Shown piece after piece: positions 1 to 12,509 of a stretch of 64,000 nt of DNA. How positions within the stretch are numbered: the first letter of the stretch is position 1; each line of letters begins with the position of its first letter. The position numbers and the translations under genes are program-made. The DNA is from Fimbriosthenelais zetlandica (taxonomy: Eukaryota), in the NCBI GenBank assembly GCA_977030845.1, contig OZ365116.1, positions 22,010,001 through 22,074,000 of the forward strand, read 5' to 3'. Below the pieces are notes generated by a model, which saw only the letters and a program-made list of their open reading frames with translations, made no database searches and was not told the origin of the DNA.

Positions 1-167
1 AATCTGGCACATCCTACCTGTAATCAAACTGACTTCCCTCCCCACATAAACAAGGTGCTCAAAACTTTCCAATCCACACATTGATTAACTTGTGTTGAGA
101 AGGCTGTAAGACGAGCTCTCCTTCATGGACTGATGAAGTCTACAACTATTCCTCATATTAGGATTCC

Positions 168-227
168 TTCCTCTTTTTCCTTGGCTTTGGCCTTAGAAAC
201 TGCAGCCTGAGCTTCTCTGTCAGCCTC
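168..227 (-). mobile_element. Possible degenerate RTE-type LINE linker fragment (EADREAQAAVSKAKAKEKEE)
   Basis: Resembles the remembered EN-RT linker pattern EAKREAKRAVAKAKxxxxEE of RTE-clade LINEs. It is flanked by stops and no EN or RT motifs were found nearby. Confidence 0.25.
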
Positions 228-3200
228 TTACCCACAATGCTTTGCTCTGTGAGTATCAGATTTTCTAAGACTGTGTAAGACTCTATAAGAGCTCATGTTC
301 ACTGTTAGGTTTCATAGAATTAGGCAAGCTCCCACTGTCTATTGTAATTACTCCTGCTCCCCACACTCTGCTCTAAATGTATCCTGCACGCAAAAACTGT
401 AAAATGCAATTAAATCTGAAGAACCAATGAAAAGAGAATTACTTTGAAATGCTCCCGTCACCATTCTTTGCCATTGAATGTTCCATTGCTCTTTCTATGA
501 AATCAAGCCTCATTCTGTATGGCTATGGGGACAGGAGTGTATATATTGGACCCAATCAGAACCCCTATTCAAAAGTTGTCTCATGAATGAGAAAAATGTA
601 TCGAGCCTCAATCACTTGTTCATTCAGTTTGAGGAAGTATGCTGGCGACTGACACCTCAGCTGAGGGGGACTACCGCTTTATGCGTACACCAACACATTT
701 ATCTTCACCAAAGCCTGGCCCTCCATCCTCTCTACCCCCAGCTTTAACATGGCTTATCTATTTCGCTGGATCCAATGAAGCTGCATAGAATTTAAAGGGG
801 CCTTTGCTGAGATTTATGGCACAGAAGGTCACCGAATTGCAATTCATTTGTCGGCGAAGTGGCTGGATCTATGACAGGGAGTTGACTATGATAAAGGTTT
901 ATTCCACAAGGGAGTTAGTTAGATCTAGACGGGTCTATTCAAGGAGGGGCTCACATGGATGCTTCAATAGACCAGGGGTGAATGATGTAAAGACCCAGGA
1001 TTAGGCAAAGTAAAGGGCACAGGCAGTGTGTTCTCCCGGGGTGAGGCTTGCTCCGTGTCTTGAAGGTCAAAGCTTGTGTTATCAGGAGGTGGTGGAGGTG
1101 CACGGGACAGAATGATGGCGTGTACAAGAGGTGCTCAATGGTTGTTAAAACACCTAGTGTAATAACTGAAGCCACTACCTTACTGACCACTGCCATCACG
1201 TTAACAGTCCTACCACCACTTTATGTTGTCCCATACAGCTGACAATCCTCTGCCGATGAGGACCAGCTTGTAAAAGGTCCTCAGTGTCATTTGGTCGCCC
1301 ACCCTAATCATTCTGAGACTCGGCATCCTGGTCTCAAGCATTAAAAAGCAGTACAGGTTGGATCCCTTTGTATCTGTTTGAGCGGAAATGGGTTAGGATT
1401 CCAAAGACAGATCATATACCTTGACTTTCAGGTGGCTTCAGTGAAGGACAGATTTATTGGTTCCCCGAGGGAAACCATAGGAAGCCATGTTTCTTACCAA
1501 ATCCTTGACTGCCTCCCTGAAGAGGTATTACTTTATAAAGGGACGTGTCAGCTAAGTCTAAGTCACTTTGTCTACTGGAGTTTTTAACACAAACAAATTT
1601 ATAGTGGTCAGAATGTGAATCTCGGTTGAGGGCATGTAAAGCTGGAATTGACTTGATCAGGAATCCTGTCTGGTCAGGGGGAAGCTGTCTTGGACTGATG
1701 ATGGAGCATGTATTCTCCAGAGGGCGATTTTAACCTAAGTAATTGATCATAGTTGTCATAATTTGCTCCCGTCACAAGGACATGCCAGCCTAGGCTGATT
1801 GCGACATGCTGACCTAATTTCTCCTGCTTTCCGGAAGCATCCTCGGGAATGCTGGGGCCATTTATCTGACGTCATGACAATGACGTCATGTGTGCTGGCA
1901 CGCCTCACAAGTAAAGCTGTGCGCACAGTCTTGCTGTCATCGTTTCTTCTATTAAATGGCTATTTATTCAAAGTCATGCCAGTAACGGGGCACACAGCGA
2001 ACTGCCTTCATGTTTAAATCAATCAACGTGTGTGGTTTTTCAGACATTGGCACTAAATGACACGATGTGATACGACATTAGAATTCATGACATGGAAATT
2101 CCATAGCGAAAGAAGGGAAACGTTCCTCTCTCTGCTGTCAACAACTGCTGAGGAAAGTGGGCTTTGCCAGTCCACAAAACTACCTCACCAATCACTTATT
2201 TGGCCTAATTATGGTTAAGAGGAAAACAATAGTTTTTTGACGTTGACAGCCACTCTGGGATGTGACAAAAGAACCGGGCTGTACATTGCATTGATTTCTT
2301 TTTTTAACTCTAAGCGCTTTTTGACATTCTCACATTCAAAATGTTTCTTCATCGAAATGAATGAGAAGTTGATTTAAACAACTTGCCAGGAACTGTTTGG
2401 ACTAATGGAACAATATTTATAGTTGTTCAAATAGTTTGGACTGAATTGGAGGTGTTTACTATAATTGTTCACATCTGAAAGCTATATGACTCTAGCTTAA
2501 TGCAATGTTGGTCATTTTTGAGATGTATTGCATCTGTATAGGGGCATAAATGTTATATACCTGTGTGCTGGCGATGTATGGTGAATATTTATAGCTGGTC
2601 ATGAGTGGATTTGACAGTGGACAAGTGGTTACAAGTAGTACCAGGCCTCTGGGCTGATCTTCTTTTGTAATATTTACCAGGGGAGCAGCCGCTCAGTGAC
2701 AGCATGCTCATATACTCTACTGAAATGTGTATGGCTGGAACACACTGCTAACGCCTCAAGTTGCTTGTGTTTTCTTTATGCGACTTGCCAAAATAACGCC
2801 AGCAATCGAGCGTGCTGATTAGATAGATAGCGGTGAACAAAAATGACAAACCAAGTCGCCTTTGCCATTAGTGCAATCGCCAAAACGCTTTGGTCTGTTC
2901 AAGCCACACAAGAATTTTATATATGCACATGTCTTGTGAACATAGCCTTCCATTCTATCATGCCAATGGTGTTTACCTGTTGTCTTCATGGCTCTTCGAA
3001 GAAGAGATAAACTGACGTGGAATTGATTTGACCTCTGCCATATAAAAGATTATTAGAGATGCATGGCTTTTCATCGTCTTCTCTAGTCCTTTTGTGAAGT
3101 TGCTTTTCCCCTTTGATATTAGGCTAAATGCCGAGAGTCATTAGCAGAACACAATGAATTCCGCCACACTGCCGGCCACTCGCCCCAATCAAGTGTAGAG

Positions 3201-4740
3201 AAGCGTCCCAAAGGTTATCACTCATTAAATCGGGGGTCACCTTTTGTCAAATGGGACTCACAGTCTTTGATGTAGCCGTGTCACTGACTTTTTTTCCTTC
3301 AATCCACGGTAATTTGCTTTGGTTTTTAGTCTTTTCAAATGCAGAGTTTTCCAGGTTTTCCATGGATGCTGATTCAAGGCAAGGAGTGCTTTTAATAGCA
3401 ATCCGAAGGTTCTGACACATCTTGACTTACTGTTTTATATCAAGCAATTGTCCGTTAATAACTTTGCCTATATTGGGCCGTTACCGTGTCGATGGTAACA
3501 TCCCATCAAGTGCAGTATGAAAGTTACATGGGCAGAAGAGGCAAACTTATTAAGCAAAGTCCTTGCAGATCAATTTACCAAAGGCAAATTACATCGGTGA
3601 AACTATGCTCGCATTTTTGCCTTAATGTTCAGACATGGAGTCACTGGTGCTAGGCTCTGCCAATTCTTAGAACTACACAGTGACTAGTAAATACAGAATA
3701 TTATGAACCCAATTAGAAATGTTTTTGCCATCCCATATAATTACTAAAATGACAAGAAATCACACGAAAAAAGAGAATCGAAAGAAATGTCATCAACTCA
3801 ATTGGATGAAAAGGAATATTTTAGCATTCCTTCCAATATTTCTTCCACCATTTGTTTTAGCAGCAGTGTAGAAGCATTTCTAGGGACTCTCTAGAAACAC
3901 TTAATCAGATTATATCACAAGGATAGATAGTGGCTGTCCCGGGGCAGCGATGAGGTAGAAAGGAGAGGGCATGTAGATTGGGCTAGAGGTGCTGCTTCAC
4001 ATCCCTCACTCACAGATTGCCTGGGCTGATAAGCTAGAATTAATACCCATTATCCCATGCCTGGGGTCATTACTTTATATTCCATCACTCCTAACATAAC
4101 CTTACACTCCCCTAACCATGTTCCCTCCTCATCAAAAGTCCCGCTCATTTGCTGGCACTTTATATGTATCTATATGTATATACAAATTGCATGCGTTCTT
4201 TGCATCTTCTGACGCGTCTAATTGAGCCAGCAGGGAGATTAATCTAATAATCTGCTGACAATTACCCCAAAGGGTAGCGAGTGCTAATCCTCTCTCTTTT
4301 CTCCTATAGCATTGATTCTTTTTTTGTTTTGGCATTTTTTTCAGTATGAAACCTTCATGTTGAGATGCAGTTAGCACGAGGTAAAAGACTAAAGCAATCT
4401 TTCCTCGTTCTCTGCTTCTAAAGGATAATTTCCCAAGAAGTGATTTATGGTGAGGTCAAAGAGAACGCCAGCACACCACTTTAAGCTCCATTATGGAGAA
4501 AGCAAATTGATTGCATATATACATGTGTATGACCCCAAAAGATCATTCATCCTGTCTTAGAAAAAGATCCCTGGCAGGGGTTGATATAAAAGGGGGTTGG
4601 GGCACAGACACATTTCCAACAATTCCGACCTATGTATACACAGGGTTTTCAATGGTGTTCGGACATGCATTGATAATAGTGCTTTGATCAATACGTAACA
4701 CATAAATTGTCCTCTATGTTTGTACTGCTGCCATGTTCAG

Positions 4741-4844
4741 AGTTATGCTTGATGCAAGCCCAAAGAGATATGACCTTTGCTGTTGCCTCGAATTTGTTTG
4801 TGGCAAAGAATTTATCATAGAAGAAATTAATTTCGTTGACACAG
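4741..4844 (+). CDS. Candidate internal coding exon of unknown gene (VMLDASPKRYDLCCCLEFVCGKEFIIEEINFVDT)
   Basis: Acceptor ...GCCATGTTCAG at 4740 and consensus donor CAG|GTGAGT (GT at 4845); 104 nt, open in the phase 2-to-1 frame. No family recognised and no partner exon established. Confidence 0.3.
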
Positions 4845-6465
4845 GTGAGTCTTCTTATCATACACGAACAACATGGTATTGAAGTCATAATGTCTAAGGT
4901 ACATTAGGGAGAGTCTCTATAGATCACTCAAGGTGGGCCTTTTTATAGACACTTACTCATCTGACAACACGCAGCATCCCCAAACTGGCCTATCTCATCT
5001 AGTATTCATAGATATACCAGAGAAGGTGATATAATTATGATTCATACAGGACAGATAATCCCTCTATATCTACACTAAGCCCCTCATCCATCATGTCCAT
5101 TTGGATACCTTCTACCTCCAGCTGTAGCCATAGGCTTAATCCATGGGATTAGGGCTGGGGTGGATCTAATCCAACAATTGGTTGCTAAGGCTGGATTATC
5201 TTATCCATCATGGGAGCTGGGAAGAAGGGGAGGGGGAGAAAAAGGGTTGGCAGGCCACCCTAGTCCCAGGGGCTGGCCCTTACCACCCCACCTCTCTAAG
5301 TTATCCTCCCTATCTCTATCTGTCTCCTCGTCATCTTATCACCTTAATCAGTATGGACTAATTACTGTTTCTCATTCACTCATACTCGGGTGAACACCGA
5401 GGCTTTGCGATCCTAGAAGCAAATTTATCTGATGACTCCACATAATATTTTGTGACAGTACCTCATCTTAACAGCTAACATATCTCGTCTTAGTAAAGCT
5501 ATCCAGTCTGATATATCAAAGGAAAAAACTGCAGTCATGGGTCTTCTCTAATGATATTGATCAGACGTTTGAAGGATATTGAGCATTAGTGTTGGCAATA
5601 ACCCCTCATATTACAAGAATGTGTGAGGGCATAGAGATGGAATCTAGGGGGAGATCTAAAGGTAGAACTGGTGGAGATTAGTAGCAGTCGGAGGTGGGAT
5701 TACATCACTAAGTATGGCACATGTAAGGCATCTTATAGACGGTTATTAACATAAAACCATCCTTCTCTGATCATCTTAAGTCCCTTCGTCTCAGTGCAGG
5801 GTATGATTCATTGCCGGGACTCCATCATCAGCCTCCATACATCAGCCTTATCATCACCTTCATCTTTCTTCATCACATCAATTTCTCGGCATCAGGAACA
5901 CTTGTTTAATTGTGCATCTTTTCGAGGAACTTTTTTCTTTTTTTCTTTAGTCCATGGTTTTACACTCCATGGGTACACACATTATGTGAACCAATTAACA
6001 CATTTAAAAACCTATTGTGTGGCTAATTGCATTTGATGCCCTCAAAATTGAATTTTAATTGAAGTAGAGGCCTTTCTTTTAAGTCTTTTTGTTTGTTTGA
6101 GTGCAGTAACCTTGGAAGGAAGTGCAACCAATGCAGTCCTGTTGAAACTGAATGGAATATCTGCACAGTAGTGTAGCAGATGTTTTGACTGTAAGCGTTT
6201 CCTGTAGATAAGGATTCTTATCAGTTAGCTGTGAGCTCATCCGCACCTCTTATCTCTTTATCCTATAGTCACGTGACAACACGTTCTCATACACAGATCA
6301 CATGACAATCACGTGACAACATGGCCATGACTGGAAGCTGTCATTCTTCCTTACATTCACTCTCAGTCATGTTTTCCTTTGTATTTCTTTGAGAGTCCCT
6401 CATTTAGCTATAAACTCAAAAGCACCAACATTAGTATTCTGATTATTATTCTGGGTATCAGAGGA

Positions 6466-6507
6466 ATATGGCAGATATGGCAGCAGATATGGCAGCAAAT
6501 AAATGGC
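6466..6507 (+). repeat. Short ATATGGCAG(CAG) tandem repeat
   Basis: ATATGGCAG at 6466, 6475 and 6487, with a decayed fourth copy. Confidence 0.8.
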
Positions 6508-9500
6508 TGTAGACTAGGGTAGATGGAAATGGGGCATCAAGACTGGTGTGTCGTTTTTAGATGGTCATTGAACTGTAATGTTAAGATACTGGGGTGCATT
6601 GTGGTTATCATAAATGGGCTGAGACAGAAATGCGGATATGATACCATATCTTAGATGTGGCTTCAGGCGATGACTGACGAGGTATATCATACACTAAGTC
6701 ATAACTCGTGAAGTGATGCTGCTAAAAGTCTTCACTGATTCACTCTGAGGACTCCCAGATGGAAATCCCAAATATTGGCAGATTTTTATATGCTGTTAAA
6801 AACATCCATTTAAATTGAAAGGATGAGGTTTGGAGTCCAACACCCGGGTGCAAGAAAGTTTTCTTTTTTACTTCACCGATGGAGCAGATCTATATTTTTC
6901 TCATTTGAAAAGTGCTCTTTACTTTTTCAAATGCATTTAGTTTCAGTCAATAAGACAAAAACACCTGACACTCAGGTAACTTTAAATTGATAGTAGGGAC
7001 ACTCCCATGTAAAACTCGGAAGGGAATCCAGTGGGCAATTCATAAAGCAAGCCTACATAAAATCTAAGTTTCCTCTTTCCAATAAAACTGAAAGTTCACT
7101 GCCTACTTGAGCTGCGTTCATATGCCCAATTTAAGCGTTCATAATGGGATATGGAGGATATTTTTCCGAGGGAAGTTTTGAGATATTTCGCTACGTTGTA
7201 CAGAAATTTTGCACTGAATGTTTATGTATCATTCATACCTCCCCATGCATTGGAGATATGCAAGGACCATTCTCATATGTAATGTCTGCTAAATAATCTT
7301 TCCTCCATATTATCCCTGAATACCTCAGCAATATCTGGGTATTATTTTATCTACATAAAAGTCATATCCAGTGGATAATCACTCATTATCCACCATACAA
7401 GCTACTAAAAGTATGAAATATAAAATCTTGTAAGACAATAATACTATCCCATCTTTCCTGATAACATTAAGTTTGAATTTCCCACTCAGAGCTCATCAGT
7501 ACTTCCAGTATTCCCTAACATGGACAGGGCAATGTCATGAAAAAGTTACTCCCATCTCCCCTGGGGTGGTGTAACTGTAAACAGCGTTGAGACTTTGTGT
7601 CGGAGTTTACCATTGGTGTCAGTTTTCACTGAGATTTGCCTGTGACTCTGCTGATTGGCCCAGGCCATGTAGAGGCACGCCTACAGGAAGTTGATAGTGC
7701 CATCTGACACCGGTGGCGCTCTCTCACTAGGAGCTTGCCACTTGTAGAGTTGACACAGCTCCATCAATGTGGCACAGAACCTCTTAACTATGCTCCTTCA
7801 CTCTCTCTCTAAGTATGTACATAGCCTCCGGGTATCTTATCTATCTTGGTGGATGAGTTATTTTTAATTTCTGCTGCAAAAGGTAACATCATGTACGATT
7901 AATTAGCACAGTTTAAGACTCCATCTCTGTTCTCTTGATTTGTTTTGACAGGGCCTGTACATCTAGATTCAAATCTCTTGTAAAGTAATTTCCACTTTAA
8001 TATCTCCATTTTGATTATGTCAGGATTGAGCTTCATCCCTTGTCCTCTGCCTCATATAGACTCCATAATGTCCCTGCAATACGAGATGAGAGATTCCATA
8101 TTTGTAATATCCCCTTATCTCTCACATTTCATAATGTTTTAATGAAACATGAAACAGAACTGAGGAATTCATATCCACCTTGTCAGGGGCCTCATTCATC
8201 ATTTAAGCTAGAGATTATTTAAATTCTCCACTTCTCTTCCACGCCAGGCCTGTGACGGGCATGTATAAGTAGGATCAATTTCTGAAGATTTGGTTTCAAA
8301 GTGTTTCATCTGCTTGCTGATCCCCACTTTAGCCCCAGGTCAATTTTACATTTTCACCACAGGGAGCTAGTTCGGACATGATTCGATTCTCGCAATGTTC
8401 TCTCTTTATATCTCTCTCGCTCTCCCCACCCTGATGGTTTAAGAGATTATGAATACTGTAAGTGGTATAGATAAATGGAGGATGTCCTCAGGGATAAATA
8501 ACTTTCCACTAGCTTTAAATATAGAATTGTTGCAAAACTACCAGATATCACTTCAAATTTCTGCAGTGATTGAACCTATAGGTAGATTTTTGCAGGAATG
8601 TTATACATAATGTATAACAGTTGAGCTCGTAGTATCAAAGCAAGTCAATGTGCGGTTCAAATTTCTTCTAAGGTTGAGGACTGCGATTCCCCAGGCCTTC
8701 TCAGTTTCAGGCTGGCCTGTTTTACACATATCTGTACCAACACTCGGCCATGTCACCCACTCAAGACTGATCACCCCCCTGATAGTCGGTGGACACCCGA
8801 CACCCTCACCTCCTCTACCTGGAGACTGGGGGCCCTGGATAAGCCACCATCACATCCTACCATCTCTGACAGCGTTCCTCTTACAGGGGGGAAGATATGC
8901 ACCCCAGGAGCGGTCTGATCAGGACATGTTTGACTCCTCGGGTATTCCCAGGGGATGTCGACTTGGCATTGCCTTAGTTCTTGTTGGAAAAGTTGTGAAA
9001 CATTCAACATATATACATGTGTATTCTTCAGATCCTTTGACTTGACCTTGTGTCTGAGAAGACTTGTCCCTCGTTGCTCAAATTAAAATCCAGAGCGTTA
9101 TTAGAATGTCACTTTTCGTATGAAGCTTGAAGTTGATCAGCTTGTAGCTGCAGGATACATGAAGCATTCCTCTGGGTGTCTTCGTGCCATTGCTAAGCTG
9201 CCATCAATGATGATTTTTTAAACTCTGGATCTTTTTCTGAAGACAATTAGTGTAATGAAAGAAAAATGATAAGCATGGTCCTTAGTTTCCTGGTCACTGG
9301 TTATTCCTATTATTGATAATTGTTGCTTTCTAATTGGTGTTAGGAAGAACCCCCTGAGGAAATGTGGCACACATTCCGCTAGTTAATGAGTACAGATTTC
9401 TGAGCAAAAAATATCCACAAAAGGCTGTGAGAAATCGAAGGGCAAGGCTGATGAAAGATTGATCTGAAAGGATTGAAATGACATTTTCCCATTAAACATT

Positions 9501-11099
9501 TTACATGAGGTATTTTTTTCCAAATCCAATCCTTGTTTTGCGCTTTGTTCCTTCATCTGATTTTCGTTAGCATTCATTCTTCAATCTTGGCTGAATTTGA
9601 TTTATAGTTTTGCTCCCAATGGTTTGTTACCCGTTGTATTCATTGCCTCATGAACGTTGTTTATGTTTCTGTAAGCCACTTGTAGCCCTCTAAGCAACGT
9701 GAACATTACAATTTCATTGTCAAATATTGATGCTAGCATATGAGCCTGATATTTTTTAACCTTTTTGTACACAAAGCCTGCACCGACTGACTCCTGGCCA
9801 TTGCCAGTGATGTTTGCATAAGGGACCGCATTCCTGCCTTACAGACTCGATCCACATTGACGTCAGAGTGGAGTTTTAATGGAAGAATGGCATATTTTTG
9901 ATAGATGAATGACTTTTTTTTATGATGTTGGAATGACATATTCATTATGATACTATTTTGTGTCCTCTGGGGAACTTCGGTCTTGCCTAATTCACCAACT
10001 GGTTTCTAGTTCTAGATGGTTTGATCTGCCATGCTTCATAGATGTCAATGTCACTCATTCAGTACAGATCAACATTTGCATGGAAAAGATCATGAAAACA
10101 TGGATGTTCATATAAGAATATAATTGCTTGGCATCTAAATGATGGCTAAGACAACAAAAAGAACCATTTCACATTGTCATGAATTGCATTTATCAATAGA
10201 AATGTCAAACATGGAGAAAAACTCAAACTATTTTCTCACTGGAGGAGAGTTTGCTACAACTTTTGCAGAAGTGTCGTCTTTCAGATGACCTTTCACCTTG
10301 TAGCATTTGAGAGGGGCGTCTTTCGCTTTTGTTGTTAAGAATATGAACTCTGCAATATGTAGAAGCAGGGGAAACAAGGCTCAGTTTTCACTAAATCTAC
10401 AAGCTCTTGTTATACATACTTTCAGCTCGCCTGGAGAGCGGGGAACTGTAGCTCAAATCAATGATGTCACACTATGAGAACTGCCACTTTCTCCCACCAT
10501 GTTAGTCTTGCAACAACCTTTCCTTTCAACTGATTGTCATTCCCAATGGAACAAAAGCAAGCGCAGTTCCAACCAATTCATTTGTTACTTTCATTCCACA
10601 CCACAAAGACACCAGAAAAAGTACAAACTGTTTTATGACGCATCTTCCTATGCACAGACAGTATTTCATAGAAATTTAAATTTCCTATTTATATTAGCAA
10701 GTTTTAATGTTTGGGGATGCTGGCTAGTCTTGGGAGCTATGCCTGGCAGCCATATTTACCAACTTATCGTCTTACATGTACATGTGCTGCTTGTCTGAGT
10801 TACACTTGTCTTCCTAAAGGTCGGCCAGCAAACAGTTTGTCAAGTGTCAGCATGAGAATGAGAGGGCTGAGAGTGCGGTAAGAGGTCTGCTACTGTACAG
10901 AGTGCCGCAGAGAAAGATGATAGGCCTCAAGTGGTTGACACTGACCACAGGTATATGTTCCTCCATAATACTCTCCTCGGCTGGTACACTGAGGTGCTTA
11001 GGTCACTCCTATATAATCCTTTATATATAGGGATGAATTTATTTATGGTCATGCTTGGTCTTAGATAGTTATGATGTTACTTGTCGCCAAAAGTGGCAG

Positions 11100-11360
11100 C
11101 CTTCGACATGACGTCTCTGACACAGATCTATTTCTAGATGTGATGATTCACCCCTGAATAAGATACTTTGAGGCCATCATGTTTTGTTCAAGATTAGCCA
11201 ATCAGAATGAACGGTATGGTACCGTTGTTTTCCACTAGAGGCTGCCTTTGTATAGACCAGAGCTAGAAAGCAGGAATTGGTGACTTCTGATTGGTGAGAT
11301 TGATCAGCACAGACAACGTCACTTCCTGGTACGATTTTGAACATCATGGCGGCAATCAGA
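11100..11360. promoter_or_regulatory. Promoter-like island with divergent CCAAT boxes, ETS site and YY1-like motifs
   Basis: AGCCAATCAG (CCAAT 11198-11202) and CTGATTGG (11290-11294) in opposite orientation; ACGTCACTTCCTGG at 11316-11329; CATCATGGCGGC at 11342 and GCCATCATGTTTT at 11173. Confidence 0.4.
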
Positions 11361-12405
11361 TTATAGTTTATAGCTGTAGTTTTCTTGATATTTATCCTCC
11401 GATATGAGCAACAAAGTCTAGCAGGATTCAGTTATGATGCCAACCATGGAATAAAGCCCCAATTAATATAAATGTCTCATATCCCTTTAATTATAATCCA
11501 AACTCCCAAAAGTATGTCGTGCATGGCTCTCCTTCTAAGCAGGGTTAGATGCCGTGTCAGGTGGGTGCCTGGCAGATTCTCTGGAATTCATTAAAACAAA
11601 ACAGCAACAGAAGTTCAGAGTTAGGCAAGTAATGAGGCTCGTGCTAGGAATTTTAATTCACAGTCTTGGATCCCACTGCCTGAGATCTGATCTCTCTTAA
11701 TTCCGCTTTCCTTCTATGAATTTGCCATAGCGTCAATGAGTCAGTATTAAAAGACAAGGAAAAACTGGTGGCCACACACGGGGAATGATATTATCATGTC
11801 CCCATGTGTCCGTCTTATTTAATTGTTGTGTAATCCACACTGGCGTTTATTGATATTGAGAGGCTCTGTTAGCCTCCCACAAGTCATATCCCTGGTGCAG
11901 GGAGGCGGCCAAACTCATGCATCAGAGTCAGGGGGGTTTAGTTGGTAATTATGAGGACATGCCACCAACTTAGATCGCTTAATGATGGAGGGATGGAATG
12001 AGACCATTATCAGACATGATTTATGCAAGGAAATCTAATCCAGATTAGACTCTGTGGTTATTGCTGCCGTAACACTAAGATAAATGCTTTTTGAAGACGG
12101 CCAGACACAATGACCTGATATCACTCAATGGTTGATCACTGCACGTTGGCACTGGTCAAGAAAACTGCTATTACTTTTGGTCTTTATGAGATAGAGAATG
12201 ACCTTTACAAAAAGTAATATCAGCACAATTTAATATGATAAGTACAGCTTTCTAATGAGACTGCTTTTTATTGAGTATTCATCTGCAAACTAGTTTTCAA
12301 AGTTCTTGAATATCCATCTTGATATTACAATGTCATGTTTAATTCTGTTACAAATGGTATTGTTCATAACATCATCTATCAATTTATCCCATTATTATTT
12401 TTCAG

Positions 12406-12509
12406 ATGAGAAATCCGCTAAGATGTCTGCGTCTTCCAACAAATCCTGGTGAAAGTTGAAAGCCTGCTCGTCGATCATTGACTGAAGAGTCTGGCCAGGA
12501 CTTTATAAG
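12406..12509 (+). other. Exon-like GC-richer island with splice signals at both edges, closed in all + frames
   Basis: Acceptor ATTATTATTTTTCAG and donor AAG|GTAATT coincide with the edges of a GC-richer block in AT-rich flanks. Confidence 0.25.

Noticed and set aside
8650-9045. 131-aa + ORF over a GC-richer block with an acceptor at 8710
   Set aside because: None of the frames I translated gave a recognisable protein.
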